A stretch of DNA of 64,000 nucleotides from Eledone cirrhosa. Its lineage: Eukaryota. The notes beneath the pieces are model-generated. The model did no database searches and was not told where the DNA came from. It worked only from the letters and a program-made list of their open reading frames with translations. Below are positions 28,475 to 38,511 of this stretch, one piece after another. How positions within the stretch are numbered: position 1 is the first letter of the stretch; every line of letters begins with the position of its first letter. Location: NCBI GenBank assembly GCA_964016885.1, contig OZ024746.1, forward strand, positions 67,456,001 to 67,520,000, written 5' to 3'. Made by a program: the position numbers and the translations under genes.

Positions 28475-29084
28475 TGTCAGGTCACCAGTTGGTGCTACTG
28501 GTAACATATATCCCAGTACAACCTGTCTCATGGTCGGGTCGTTGGCGACTAAACTGGCAACACCACCAAGGTTTCTTGGTGAGGAGGGTGACTTTGGACA
28601 TCCTGCAGGACTAAAAACAAAACCTGTCAAACGGCAAAGGAGCTCTTAAGAGTCAATGGCCATCCAAAATCACCGGGAGAGATGACGCCTTAGCCTTTGT
28701 CAAGGCAGAATTCTAGGAGAAGGAAAACTCTGCTATAACACCTGCAACCCTGATGGTATCCAATGATGTTGACTTGTTCTTCTTTTTGGTCAATATCATC
28801 TTGGTTAAGAGAGTGGAACTGGATTTGTGCAGTGCCTTTGCTCACTATAAAAGCTTCACAGCACAGGCATTGCTTTATATCTGGAGATCTCTCTGCACTT
28901 GTGGTCACATGGTACCATGGGCCCAGCATTATGTGTCAATAATTGTCACGAGTGTAGTGTTTGTCCCAGAGTTTTCAAGTCGCTGGCTGGACTAAAAAGT
29001 CACACTCGTTCAGTGCATCGGTAGGGGTTCTTCTACATGGATATAAAATAGTGGCCGTACTCCAAAACGAGTTGGCAGCCACCA
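28475..29084 (+). mobile_element. Bipartite non-autonomous RTE: 5' UTR joined to the last zinc finger and 3' end
   Basis: 5' UTR motifs (TTCTAGGAGAAGG, GATGTTGA, GCACAGGCATTGC) are shared with 36045-36316(-). Then HLWSH...CSVCPRVFKSLAGLKSHTRSVHR* and a 3' end TGGCCGTACTC...GGCAGCCACCA. Confidence 0.85.
28917..29024 (+). CDS. Putative 35-aa single C2H2 finger micro-ORF (RTE-derived); translation unproven
   Basis: ACCATGG start context; MGPALCVNNCHECSVCPRVFKSLAGLKSHTRSVHR*. Confidence 0.3.
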   Translation: MGPALCVNNCHECSVCPRVFKSLAGLKSHTRSVHR

Positions 29085-29098
29085 TATATGTATATATA

Positions 29099-29724
29099 TG
29101 TCGGGCCACTCTTGAGTGCTACGGGTAACATGTAACCCATTACAACCTGTCGCATGGTCGGCTCGTCAGCGACTAAACCGGCAACCCCATCAAGTTTACT
29201 TGGTGAGGAGGGTGATTTTGGACACCCTGCAGGAAGAAAACAAAACCTGACAAAGGGCGGAAGACCTCGGGAGTGTCAACGGCCATCCAAAAATGTGTAA
29301 ATATGTATATATACATGTACATATGTATGTACATGTATATATGTATATGCATGTGTGCATGTGTATGTATATGCGCGGGGACATAGAAATAGTCGGGCTG
29401 GATAGCCGATCGCGCGGTTAATCCACTGGGAGTGAAGGACCCCTAGCCTTTTTCAGGGGTTTCTTCTAGGAGAAGGCAACTCAGGAAACTGAGATAACTC
29501 CGACATAAAACTTGCGGCTCTTTAGTTACCGATGATGTTGATCTTTTTTTCTTTTCGGATCAGAGCTACTGTCACTCAGAGAGTAGGATTGGCTCAGTGT
29601 ACAGTCCTTCCTCAATTTAAAACAAATCTTCACGCACAGGCATTGCACGATAGAATTAATTAATAATTATTAAGAATAGTATGTCGTGCAGTGGCCATAC
29701 TCGATAACGAGGGGGCAGCCACCA
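29099..29724 (+). mobile_element. Bipartite non-autonomous RTE: 5' UTR plus 40-nt 3' end, no coding sequence
   Basis: 29099-29292 matches the 28475 5' module. 29373-29650 matches the intact RTE 5' UTR. 29684-29724 matches the RTE 3' terminus (CATACTCGATAACGAGGGGGCAGCCA). Confidence 0.85.
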
Positions 29725-29933
29725 TATATATATATACATATGACTGATAGAACGAACACACACGGTCCTTTTTTTCTTTTTCTCAAAAATGGATTAGTTT
29801 CCCTTCCTTTCTCTTCTCACTGCGTGTCTTTCTATTTCATCTTTTATTTGTTATTCAATTTTCTGAAGAAGGACATAACGACACTTGTTTTACTATATCA
29901 TGCGTTAACCTAACGTATTTCTTCGTTGTAGTG

Positions 29934-29985
29934 TGATATCTACTTTGTTGTGATATCTACTTTGTTGTGATATCTACTTTGTTGA
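29934..29985. repeat. Short tandem repeat x3 (TGTGATATCTACTTTGT)
   Basis: Directly visible. Confidence 0.9.
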
Positions 29986-30312
29986 CCCGTTTACGCACAT
30001 ATATATGTATATATATTTATATATGTGTGTGTGTCTATATACTTGTATATATATGTTTGTGTGCGTGTGTGCGTATGTATACTGGAAGTCTTTTTAATTG
30101 ATGAGACAGCGGGTCTTTTCAAAAACAGGTGATAGATTAACACAATAAACCTCACCAGTAATTATAGCGTGGAATTGTGTTTTTAATCATTTAAAAGCAA
30201 ACATAATTATTATCTTTATTTTAAATTTATAATTCATTTCTTGGTGTCAAATTTTTCGTCACCGCAGATCGCAGGCAGTACGGCGAAAATGTTGATAGAT
30301 AGAAAAAATAAT

Positions 30313-30502
30313 TGTTGCTACTTTAGGCACAAGGCCAGCAATTTTACCAGTGCATTACTGGTACTTTATTTTATTGACCTCGTAAGGATGAAAGGCAAAG
30401 TCAACGTCGGCAGGATTTGAACTCAGATCGTAAAGGGACGTAACTATGCTGGAAAGCATGGCGTCCGACCCTCTACCGATACTGCCAATCCACCGCCCTA
30501 AT
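30313..30502 (-). mobile_element. Full-length SINE family A with 18-bp TSD
   Basis: ATAGATAGAAAAAATAAT at 30295-30312 and 30503-30520. Confidence 0.92.
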
Positions 30503-30628
30503 ATAGATAGAAAAAATAATACACACTGTACATACATGAGTTTCGATAAGACCTAGCTAGTCACTTGCCTAATAAGTACAACTCCGACATCAAAACTTAC
30601 CGTCTTAAACGTTGTAACCTAGTGTATA

Positions 30629-30832
<204 letters not shown>

Positions 30833-30844
30833 GTACCATGAAGT

Positions 30845-30965
30845 CGCGTGGCTGAGTGGTAAGAGGATTCGCAATGGTGAAGTTGTGAGTTCGATTCCTG
30901 TACCGGGCGATGCGTTATGTCCTTGAGCAAGACATATTATTTTACATTGCTCCTTCTACCTGGAG
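30845..30965 (+). mobile_element. tRNA-derived CORE-like SINE 5' part
   Basis: A-box TGGCTGAGTGG, B-box GAGTTCGATTCC and TGTCCTTGAGCAAGACA. Confidence 0.75.
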
Positions 30966-31291
30966 TTGCGACCGATAGATAGTATTAGCAATTGAAAAGA
31001 CCAACGGAAACAGTTTCCTCGGTCCAATTTGACGAAACTCGATCGACTGTCGATACATATATATATATATATGTATGTATATATACACGCACACACACAT
31101 ATATATATATGTATGTATATATATGCATATATATATATATGCATATATATATATATATATATATAGCGGCGATGAATTATACATATATATATATACATGC
31201 ACAGGCTTTCCCCAAAAAATGTATACACACTTCAACACCATTCTATTAAATATATGTATACATTTTTATGACATCCTATATATATATATAT

Positions 31292-31463
31292 AATTCTTTC
31301 TACTTTAGGCACAAGGCCAGCAATTGCCCAGTGCATTACTGGTACTTTATGTTATCGACCCCGTAAGGATGAAAGGCAAAGTCAACCTCGGCAGGATTTG
31401 AACTCAGATCGTAAAGGGACGTAACTATGTTGGAAAACATGGCGTCCGATCCTCTACCGATAC
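31292..31463 (-). mobile_element. SINE family A
   Basis: Reverse complement of the family consensus seen elsewhere in the window. Confidence 0.9.
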
Positions 31464-31706
31464 GCAATTATTTGTTACATGAAATTTTATCATTTAAAAT
31501 ATGAAATATGCTATTATCATTGCTCTCTGGTTCTTTTCTAGGTACTTCGACGCTGGGTGTTTTCTTGTCTACAAACGCACACATACATTCATATATACAT
31601 ATATAAATTCAATCATAAATGCACACATATATACATACATAAATACATATATTCACAAACACTCACACACACCCATATATATGTATATACATATATATAT
31701 ATTTAT

Positions 31707-31809
31707 ATAGGAACCAGTCTTACTGGTTCCTATTACCCACTCTACTACCCTAAGTATTGAGTACTTTGGTGCGTTATGGTCCACCTGGTTCCTTACCACA
31801 TTTCCTTGG

Positions 31810-31812
<3 letters not shown>
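31707..31812 (+). mobile_element. Short fold-back element in (TA)n, same family as 58204-58398
   Basis: 12-bp hairpin ATAGGAACCAGT/ACTGGTTCCTAT plus a shared ~80-nt tail. Confidence 0.85.
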
Positions 31813-31842
<30 letters not shown>

Positions 31843-31913
31843 AGTATGCATGTATACGTACATACATATATGTATACAGACGTACAGTAGCATGCACATA
31901 TATATACATATAT

Positions 31914-31952
31914 GATGGCTGCCCCCTCGTTATCGAGTATGGCCATTGCACA

Positions 31953-32027
<75 letters not shown>

Positions 32028-32052
32028 AAAAAAAAAAAAAAAAAGGGAAAAG

Positions 32053-32085
<33 letters not shown>

Positions 32086-32335
32086 TATACACATATATAT
32101 ATATACACATATATATACACACACACATACATACACATACATACATATATACACACACACATACATACACATACACTCACACATATATACACACATACAT
32201 TAATAACAATAATAATAATAATAATAATAATAACAACAATAATAATAATAATAATAGCAATAATAATAATAACGACAACAACAATAATAATATACATATT
32301 CATATATATATACACACACACGCACGCACATAAGC

Positions 32336-32379
<44 letters not shown>

Positions 32380-35300
32380 GATAGCAACTAACAGTGCTGC
32401 GATCGAATGTGGCTTTTTAGCCCAGCCAATGATCTAAAATGTCTTGCACAGAGTCGGCAACCAAAACATTTACTGGGAATAGTCGGCTGTGGTTGGAGCT
32501 CGTGTACTTTTGCATGTCGCTTGAGTCCTCCTGCTGATTTACATTCTCTACCACATGTTTGGCAAGCATGATGAGTAGCATCTCCAACAGCAGCCTGGTA
32601 GTCAACCACTGGTCTTACTTTATGACTGCGAAGATGACTTTCGAGTCCAGCTTTGCTTAGGCAGAGTCTCGCACAGACGCTGCATGTCAGAAACATAGGA
32701 GGACCCTCGCCGTCTGGAAGTGCAACAGCAATACCCTTCCTCACGTCCCGCCTTACTTTCTCGTGTGCGATTCGAGATGCCTCAAAGGCAACTTTTCCCT
32801 CATATACAGTCTTTCTCCATTTACTACGATCAGCAGCAATATTTTCCCATGTATCAGCAGAGATGTTAGCGTCTTTCAGAGAGGCCTTCAAGGAATCCTT
32901 ATACCTCTTTTTTGGTTTATGTGGCGGTCGTTTTCCTTTAACCAACTCTCCATAGAAGAGTTGTTTTGGTATTCTAGAATCCTTCATCCTGGCAAGGTGA
33001 CCACTCCAACGGAGTCGCTGCTTAAGCACAAGAGCTTCTATACTGTCACACATAGAGCTTTCCAAAATCTCGACATCACTGATGTGGTCCCTCCAGCGAA
33101 CGCCATGTATCCGTCTGAGACACATCTGATGGAAACGCTCCAATTGCTTAAGGTGGCGTCGATATGTGACCCAGGTCTCGCAGGCATAAAGAAGACAAGA
33201 GAGTACACATGCCCTGTACACCCTTACCTTTGTCCTCCTGCATATGTCTCGCCGACCCCAGAGTCGCCTTTCTAGCTTTCCGAAAGCATCACTTGCTTTC
33301 CTAATCCTAAGTGAGATTTCACTGTCAAGGTTGCCGTATCGATTGACAGTGCTTCCCAGGTAGACAAACTGATCAACCACTCCAAGTCGTTTGCCATACA
33401 CATAGATGTTTGGTTCAGTGTACTGCCTACCAGGTGCAGGTTGGTACATGACGACGGTTTTCTTGAGACTGACAGTCAAACCCAGGGCAGTGCAAGCGTC
33501 AGAAAATACATTCAAAATGTGCTGCATATCACTCTCTGTGTGCGCTACAAGATCGCAATCATCTGCATACAAGAGGTCTCTTATGACTGATGTAAATACT
33601 TTTGTCTTCGCAGCAAAGCGCCTGATGTTAAATATGCTGCCTGAGGTTCGATATCGGATGTAAACACCATGCTCGCAATTCCTGAATGCAATACAGAAAA
33701 CCATTGCAAAGTATATGGCAAACAGGGTCGGTGCTGGAATATCCCCCTGTTTCACTCCATTTTTTACTGAGATAGGCTCCGACATGTTACCTCCGACATT
33801 AACCCAAGCCTTCATGTCGTCATGGAAAGACCTAACTAAAGCAAGGAACTTATCAGGGCAACCAAGCTTCTGGAGAACCTTCCATAATGCATCTCTGTTG
33901 ACAGTATCGAAAGCCTTTGTCAGATCGACAAAAACCTGATACAGATCCAAGCCCTGTTCAATGCACTTCTCCTGGAGCTGTCTAGCTGAGAAGATCATAT
34001 CAGTAGTGCCGCGTCCAACACGAAAACCAGATTGACTTTCAGGAAGGACACAATCTGCAATGTGTGTCAGCAGACGGTCCAGAAGCACCCTACATAAAAC
34101 TTTCCCCACGACAGAAAGCAATGATATACCTCTGTAGTTCCCACAATCATTCCTGTTACCCTTTCCCTTGTACAAGACCACCATTACTGCATCTCTCCAG
34201 TCCTCAGGCACGGATTCATTAGCCCATATCCTTCCAAACAGAGAGTGAAGATGTTGCAGGAGTCTCTCACCACCATATTGTAGGAGCTCAGCATGTATGC
34301 CATCCATACCTGGAGATCTTCCACTGTTCAGCTTCGAAATAGCCACTGCAACCTCCACAAGTGTCGGAGGTTCTGCGAGAGCTACTTTCACAGGACTTTC
34401 CGGAATGAGATTGAGGAAATCTTCACTGACGACAGACGGCTGATTCAAAAGATCATCAAAGTGCTCTCGCCACCTTCGTAGAATTCCCTGTGAGTCACGA
34501 AGAAGTTCTTTGCCATCCCTGCTGCGAATCGGTGTCACCAGAGAAGAAGACGGTCCATAAACCTCACGCAAGAGACTGTACAACAGCTTTGTGTTATTGC
34601 AATCAGACGCAGTTTGTATCTCACCAGCCTTCTCACTCCACCACTGATCCTTCATCTGAGAAAGACTCCGCCTAACACGTGATTTTACATCCCTGAGCTC
34701 CTCATGCAACGTATTCCTCTCCTGTGGTTTTGCCGTCAAGTAGCGTGACAGAGCGCGCCTCTTATCAGCCAACAAGTCATCTATATGCACATCTTTCTCA
34801 TTAAACCAGTCCTGATGTTTTCTCTGCACCAATCCCAGAACACGTCTGCCTACATCATAAACCGACTTTTTAAGGGTCGGCCAATCCTCACCAAGATCTG
34901 CAGCCTGCATCTCTTCTTCCAATGTCCTCTTCACATTTTTATCCTTAAGACGAGCAGCATTCAATCTTTTGGGCAGGGTAACACCAGGAGCCCGGATTTT
35001 ACGTTTGGTGATTAGATTCACTTTTGCGCGTACCAGGCGGTGGTCCGTCCAGCACTCAGCTCCACGAAGAACACGAACACACTGCACATCCTGTCTGTCA
35101 CGCATCCTGACTAGGACGTAGTCCAAAAGATGCCATTCCTTAGATGCAGGATGCATCCATGTGGTCTTGAATTTGTTCTTTTGTTGGAACATGGTGTTGG
35201 TAACACACAGATCCAGCTCCTCACACATCTGCAGCAAGAGCATACCATTGCTGTTACACTTTCCCACCCCATGCCTTCCGATTACATTCCATGTGTTAAA

Positions 35301-35976
35301 ATCTCTACCCACTCTAGCATTAAAGTCACCAAGCACGATGACTTTGTCTGCCTGAGGGATATTTCTTAAAACACCTTTCAAGGCATGGTAAAAGGACAGT
35401 TTTTCTTCATCGACAGAATTCATAGTTGGAGCATACACACTCACCAGGGTAGCATATCTTCCCTTGTCCAGCGGAACTCTCATGGACATAAGACGCTCAC
35501 TAATCCCCACTGGGAATTCTTCTAATTTATTCACCAGTACAGTCTTAACAGCAAATCCTACCCCAGCCTCTCTTCTGGTTCCTTCATCTCTTCCTTTCCA
35601 GAAGAATGTATATTCTCCACAAAATTCCGTAAGATGACCATCTCCAGCTAACCTCGTCTCAGACAAAGCCACGATGTCAAGATCGTAACGTCGAAGCTCC
35701 TTCGCAACAAGAGCGGTCCTTCGTTCAGGACGCTCCAAAGAATCCCTGTCAAGCAGCGTCCGTACGTTCCAGCAGCCAAGACTAAATGCCCTGTTTGGCT
35801 CTATTACAATGGCACGATGACGGGCGGGCCCAGGTTGTGATAACTTGGGGCCCCTGCCCTTATTGCCAATGATCCTTTTTGTTCCAGAACCCAAATTGGC
35901 AATTATCTCGTTTACATTGTTCTGGAACATCATTGAATTGGAAAAAAAAAAAAAAAAAAAAAAAAAAGTAATAATA

Positions 35977-36014
<38 letters not shown>

Positions 36015-36783
36015 ACACTATTAATAATTATTAATGCACTCGTGCAATGCCTGTGCGTGACGAATATTTTTAAAGTGAGGAAAGACTGTGCACTGAACCA
36101 ATCCCACTCTCTGAGCGACAGTAGCTATAACCCGAAAAGAAGAAAAGATCAACATCATCGGTAACTACTGAGCCGCAGGTTTTATATCGGAGTTAACCCA
36201 GTTTCCTGAGATGCCTTCTCCTAGAAGAATACCCTGACATGGGCTAGGGGTTCTTCACTCCCAGTGGTTTAACTGCGCGATCGGGCATCCAGCCCGATTA
36301 TTTCTATGTCCCCGCGCAAAAAAAAAAAAAAAAAAAAAAAAAAAATTACTTATTGACACTTATACGTACGACATACACACACACGCATACATATGCGTGC
36401 ACACAGCAACACTCACACACACAACAAACACACACACACGCTACTCTACTCACTTACACGCACACACACACATATATATATATATATATTACCGTCATTA
36501 CTGATACAAGATTACCAGATTATGTCAACTGTTGACTTTCAAGAGTTTGTATAGTTGAAGCCGATCGTATTACAGTCCAGTATTACTATAATTGCTTTAC
36601 AGCATAGAGTTATGGCTCTCCACGGAGTCAACAAAAGAGAGTACCAGTGATGCGCTGGCCAGTCGCTGGATCCGTGCCAAAAGCAGAAAAATTATTATTA
36701 AAGTTGTTCTTAAGGCCAGGTCGCTGGTGATGGTGATGGCGACGGCGGTGGCGGTGGTGGTGGCAGTTGATGTTGTTGTTCTG

Positions 36784-36834
<51 letters not shown>

Positions 36835-37343
36835 GTTATTTTGAGTTTTTTTTTTTTTTCCTTTCTTTTTTTTTCCCCTCCTTTTTTTTTTTTTTTTTCC
36901 CCTTCCCTTTTTCTTTTTTCTTTTTTCTTTTCCCTTCCTTTTTTTATGTTTTTTTACATTTACTTACATCTCAATATAACATGGCTAGAATTCAAATTTT
37001 GCTAAGAGAAGAAAACGGTCAAATGAACTAGATACATCTCACTGTCCACACCACCACAATAACGTCTACACTCTCTCCCCACCATCACATGTCATTACCA
37101 TACCATACCCTATCGAGACTAAAGTCATCGACCTGTTGTCAAACTCTCTACTCTCTGATGAATGTATATATATATATGTGTGTGTATGTATATGTGTGTA
37201 TATACATCACTCAGTCAAACAACCAGATTTCAACCCCAACATCTACAACAACAACAACACCGGCACTAATGTTTACAGCAACAACAGCTTCAGAATGAAC
37301 TGAAATGAACATTTACAACAATTACAACAACAACAACAGCGGC
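31914..37343 (-). mobile_element. RTE-clade LINE insertion with intact ORF, 5430 bp, 12-bp TSD
   Basis: TSD ATATACATATAT at 31902-31913 and 37344-37355. Joining the flanks restores the reverse complement of 37783-37945. Confidence 0.8.
32388..35933 (-). CDS. RTE polyprotein: APE endonuclease + reverse transcriptase + 3 C2H2 zinc fingers (1181 aa)
   Basis: Uninterrupted ORF with WNVRTL, LSET, VYAPT, LGDFNA, LLDY, TDH; SPGMDGI, YRGISLL, FVDLTKAFD, GVKQG, YADD, YLGS; three CxxC...H...H fingers at the C-terminus. Confidence 0.97.
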   Translation of the reverse strand: MMFQNNVNEIIANLGSGTKRIIGNKGRGPKLSQPGPARHRAIVIEPNRAFSLGCWNVRTLLDRDSLERPERRTALVAKELRRYDLDIVALSETRLAGDGHLTEFCGEYTFFWKGRDEGTRREAGVGFAVKTVLVNKLEEFPVGISERLMSMRVPLDKGRYATLVSVYAPTMNSVDEEKLSFYHALKGVLRNIPQADKVIVLGDFNARVGRDFNTWNVIGRHGVGKCNSNGMLLLQMCEELDLCVTNTMFQQKNKFKTTWMHPASKEWHLLDYVLVRMRDRQDVQCVRVLRGAECWTDHRLVRAKVNLITKRKIRAPGVTLPKRLNAARLKDKNVKRTLEEEMQAADLGEDWPTLKKSVYDVGRRVLGLVQRKHQDWFNEKDVHIDDLLADKRRALSRYLTAKPQERNTLHEELRDVKSRVRRSLSQMKDQWWSEKAGEIQTASDCNNTKLLYSLLREVYGPSSSLVTPIRSRDGKELLRDSQGILRRWREHFDDLLNQPSVVSEDFLNLIPESPVKVALAEPPTLVEVAVAISKLNSGRSPGMDGIHAELLQYGGERLLQHLHSLFGRIWANESVPEDWRDAVMVVLYKGKGNRNDCGNYRGISLLSVVGKVLCRVLLDRLLTHIADCVLPESQSGFRVGRGTTDMIFSARQLQEKCIEQGLDLYQVFVDLTKAFDTVNRDALWKVLQKLGCPDKFLALVRSFHDDMKAWVNVGGNMSEPISVKNGVKQGDIPAPTLFAIYFAMVFCIAFRNCEHGVYIRYRTSGSIFNIRRFAAKTKVFTSVIRDLLYADDCDLVAHTESDMQHILNVFSDACTALGLTVSLKKTVVMYQPAPGRQYTEPNIYVYGKRLGVVDQFVYLGSTVNRYGNLDSEISLRIRKASDAFGKLERRLWGRRDICRRTKVRVYRACVLSCLLYACETWVTYRRHLKQLERFHQMCLRRIHGVRWRDHISDVEILESSMCDSIEALVLKQRLRWSGHLARMKDSRIPKQLFYGELVKGKRPPHKPKKRYKDSLKASLKDANISADTWENIAADRSKWRKTVYEGKVAFEASRIAHEKVRRDVRKGIAVALPDGEGPPMFLTCSVCARLCLSKAGLESHLRSHKVRPVVDYQAAVGDATHHACQTCGRECKSAGGLKRHAKVHELQPQPTIPSKCFGCRLCARHFRSLAGLKSHIRSQHC

Positions 37344-38001
37344 ATATACATATATACATATATATATACATATGCATACAGGTACACATACATATATGCA
37401 CGTATCAGTTTAGCGGCGCTAACGTCGCTTTGTTCGTTTGTATACATATATGTATGTACGTATACATGCATACTTACATTTAAGTAAGTGCCATACTAAG
37501 AGTGAGAAATGAAATTTCGTTTTCATTTTGTTCCAATTTATCGTTTTCGGTATGCCTGACCGATTTAACTCACTCAATATGCAAATTAGGCTGCTCAGCC
37601 GTTAATTTTCATAAGGAAAGTATATACTTTCGAACGTTCAACTATCTGGCAGATGGGTAAACGGTGCTGATGATAGCTAACAAGCTTGAAACTAGTACAT
37701 CGTTCCTGTGTCAGTGTTGAACAAAAAGGTGACGTGGTTGCCTTAACACCGTATGGCATAAATTCAGGCTGTTCAGTTTGTTTACAAACGAACAAAGCGA
37801 CGTTAGCGCCGCTAAACTGATACGTGCATATATGTATGTGTACCTGTATGCATATGTATATATATATGTATATATGTATATATATGTGCATGCTACTGTA
37901 CGTCTGTATACATATATGTATGTACGTATACATGCATACTTACATTTAAGTAAGTGCCATACTAAGAGTGAGAAATGAAATTTCGTTTTCATTTTGTTTC
38001 A

Positions 38002-38007
<6 letters not shown>
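37344..38007 (+). mobile_element. Non-coding hammerhead element: inverted arm plus ~1.2 tandem copies of a 466-nt unit
   Basis: Direct repeat 37439-37541 = 37905-38007. The inverted arm (31838-31913 + 37344-37442) pairs with 37783-37945. Another 3'-end copy is at 63545-63657. Confidence 0.85.
37660..37704 (+). ncRNA. Type I hammerhead ribozyme (minimal, palindromic stem III)
   Basis: AACGGTG-CTGATGA-T-AGCT(AACA)AGCT-T-GAAA-CTAG-TA^CATCGTT; 7-bp stem I. Confidence 0.8.
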
Positions 38008-38057
<50 letters not shown>

Positions 38058-38369
38058 CAAGCACACAGAGTTTTTTATTTACATATACACACACATATCC
38101 TCTTAGCTTCGTACAGACGCATAGTAACACACACGGGCGCGTATACGCACTTACCCAACTATATCTCTTTATACAAAACGTGTTTTTCTCCATTTCAGAT
38201 AGCCGTGCTCCATCATCCACTTTTCTAAAAATGTATATCATACACAAAACACCAGCATGAACAGTTTTCCAAGTGATGGCCACATGAATGGACCTGTTAT
38301 TTTTCTCTAAAAACATTTTCCCCAATTCCACCCCGCCTGTCCCTTCAAAATTCCAAATTTCTCATTCTT

Positions 38370-38410
38370 TCTTCTGATGAAGGACTAGACTAGCGTCCGA
38401 AACGTTAAGA
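38370..38410 (+). ncRNA. Minimal type I hammerhead ribozyme in a Penelope-like terminal segment
   Basis: TCTT-CTGATGA-A-GGAC(9 nt)GTCC-GAAA-CG-TT^AAGA. Confidence 0.7.
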
Positions 38411-38511
38411 CCCTCTTCCTGCTCTTTCACGCTTTAACCTAATATATTCCTTCCATATTCTGTACCCATTGCGTTGTCATCTCTGTTTACCTTTTATATA
38501 TATATATATTA

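Noticed and set aside
28475-28559. Canonical HDV-like ribozyme
   Set aside because: A P2-like stem and CTAA linker are present, but P1, P1.1 and the L3 consensus could not be assigned. Kept only as an unassigned structure.
30845-30910. tRNA gene
   Set aside because: A and B boxes run into a SINE body and there is no complete cloverleaf.
32417-35369. Plus-strand ORFs antisense to the RTE
   Set aside because: Short shadows of the - strand coding sequence.
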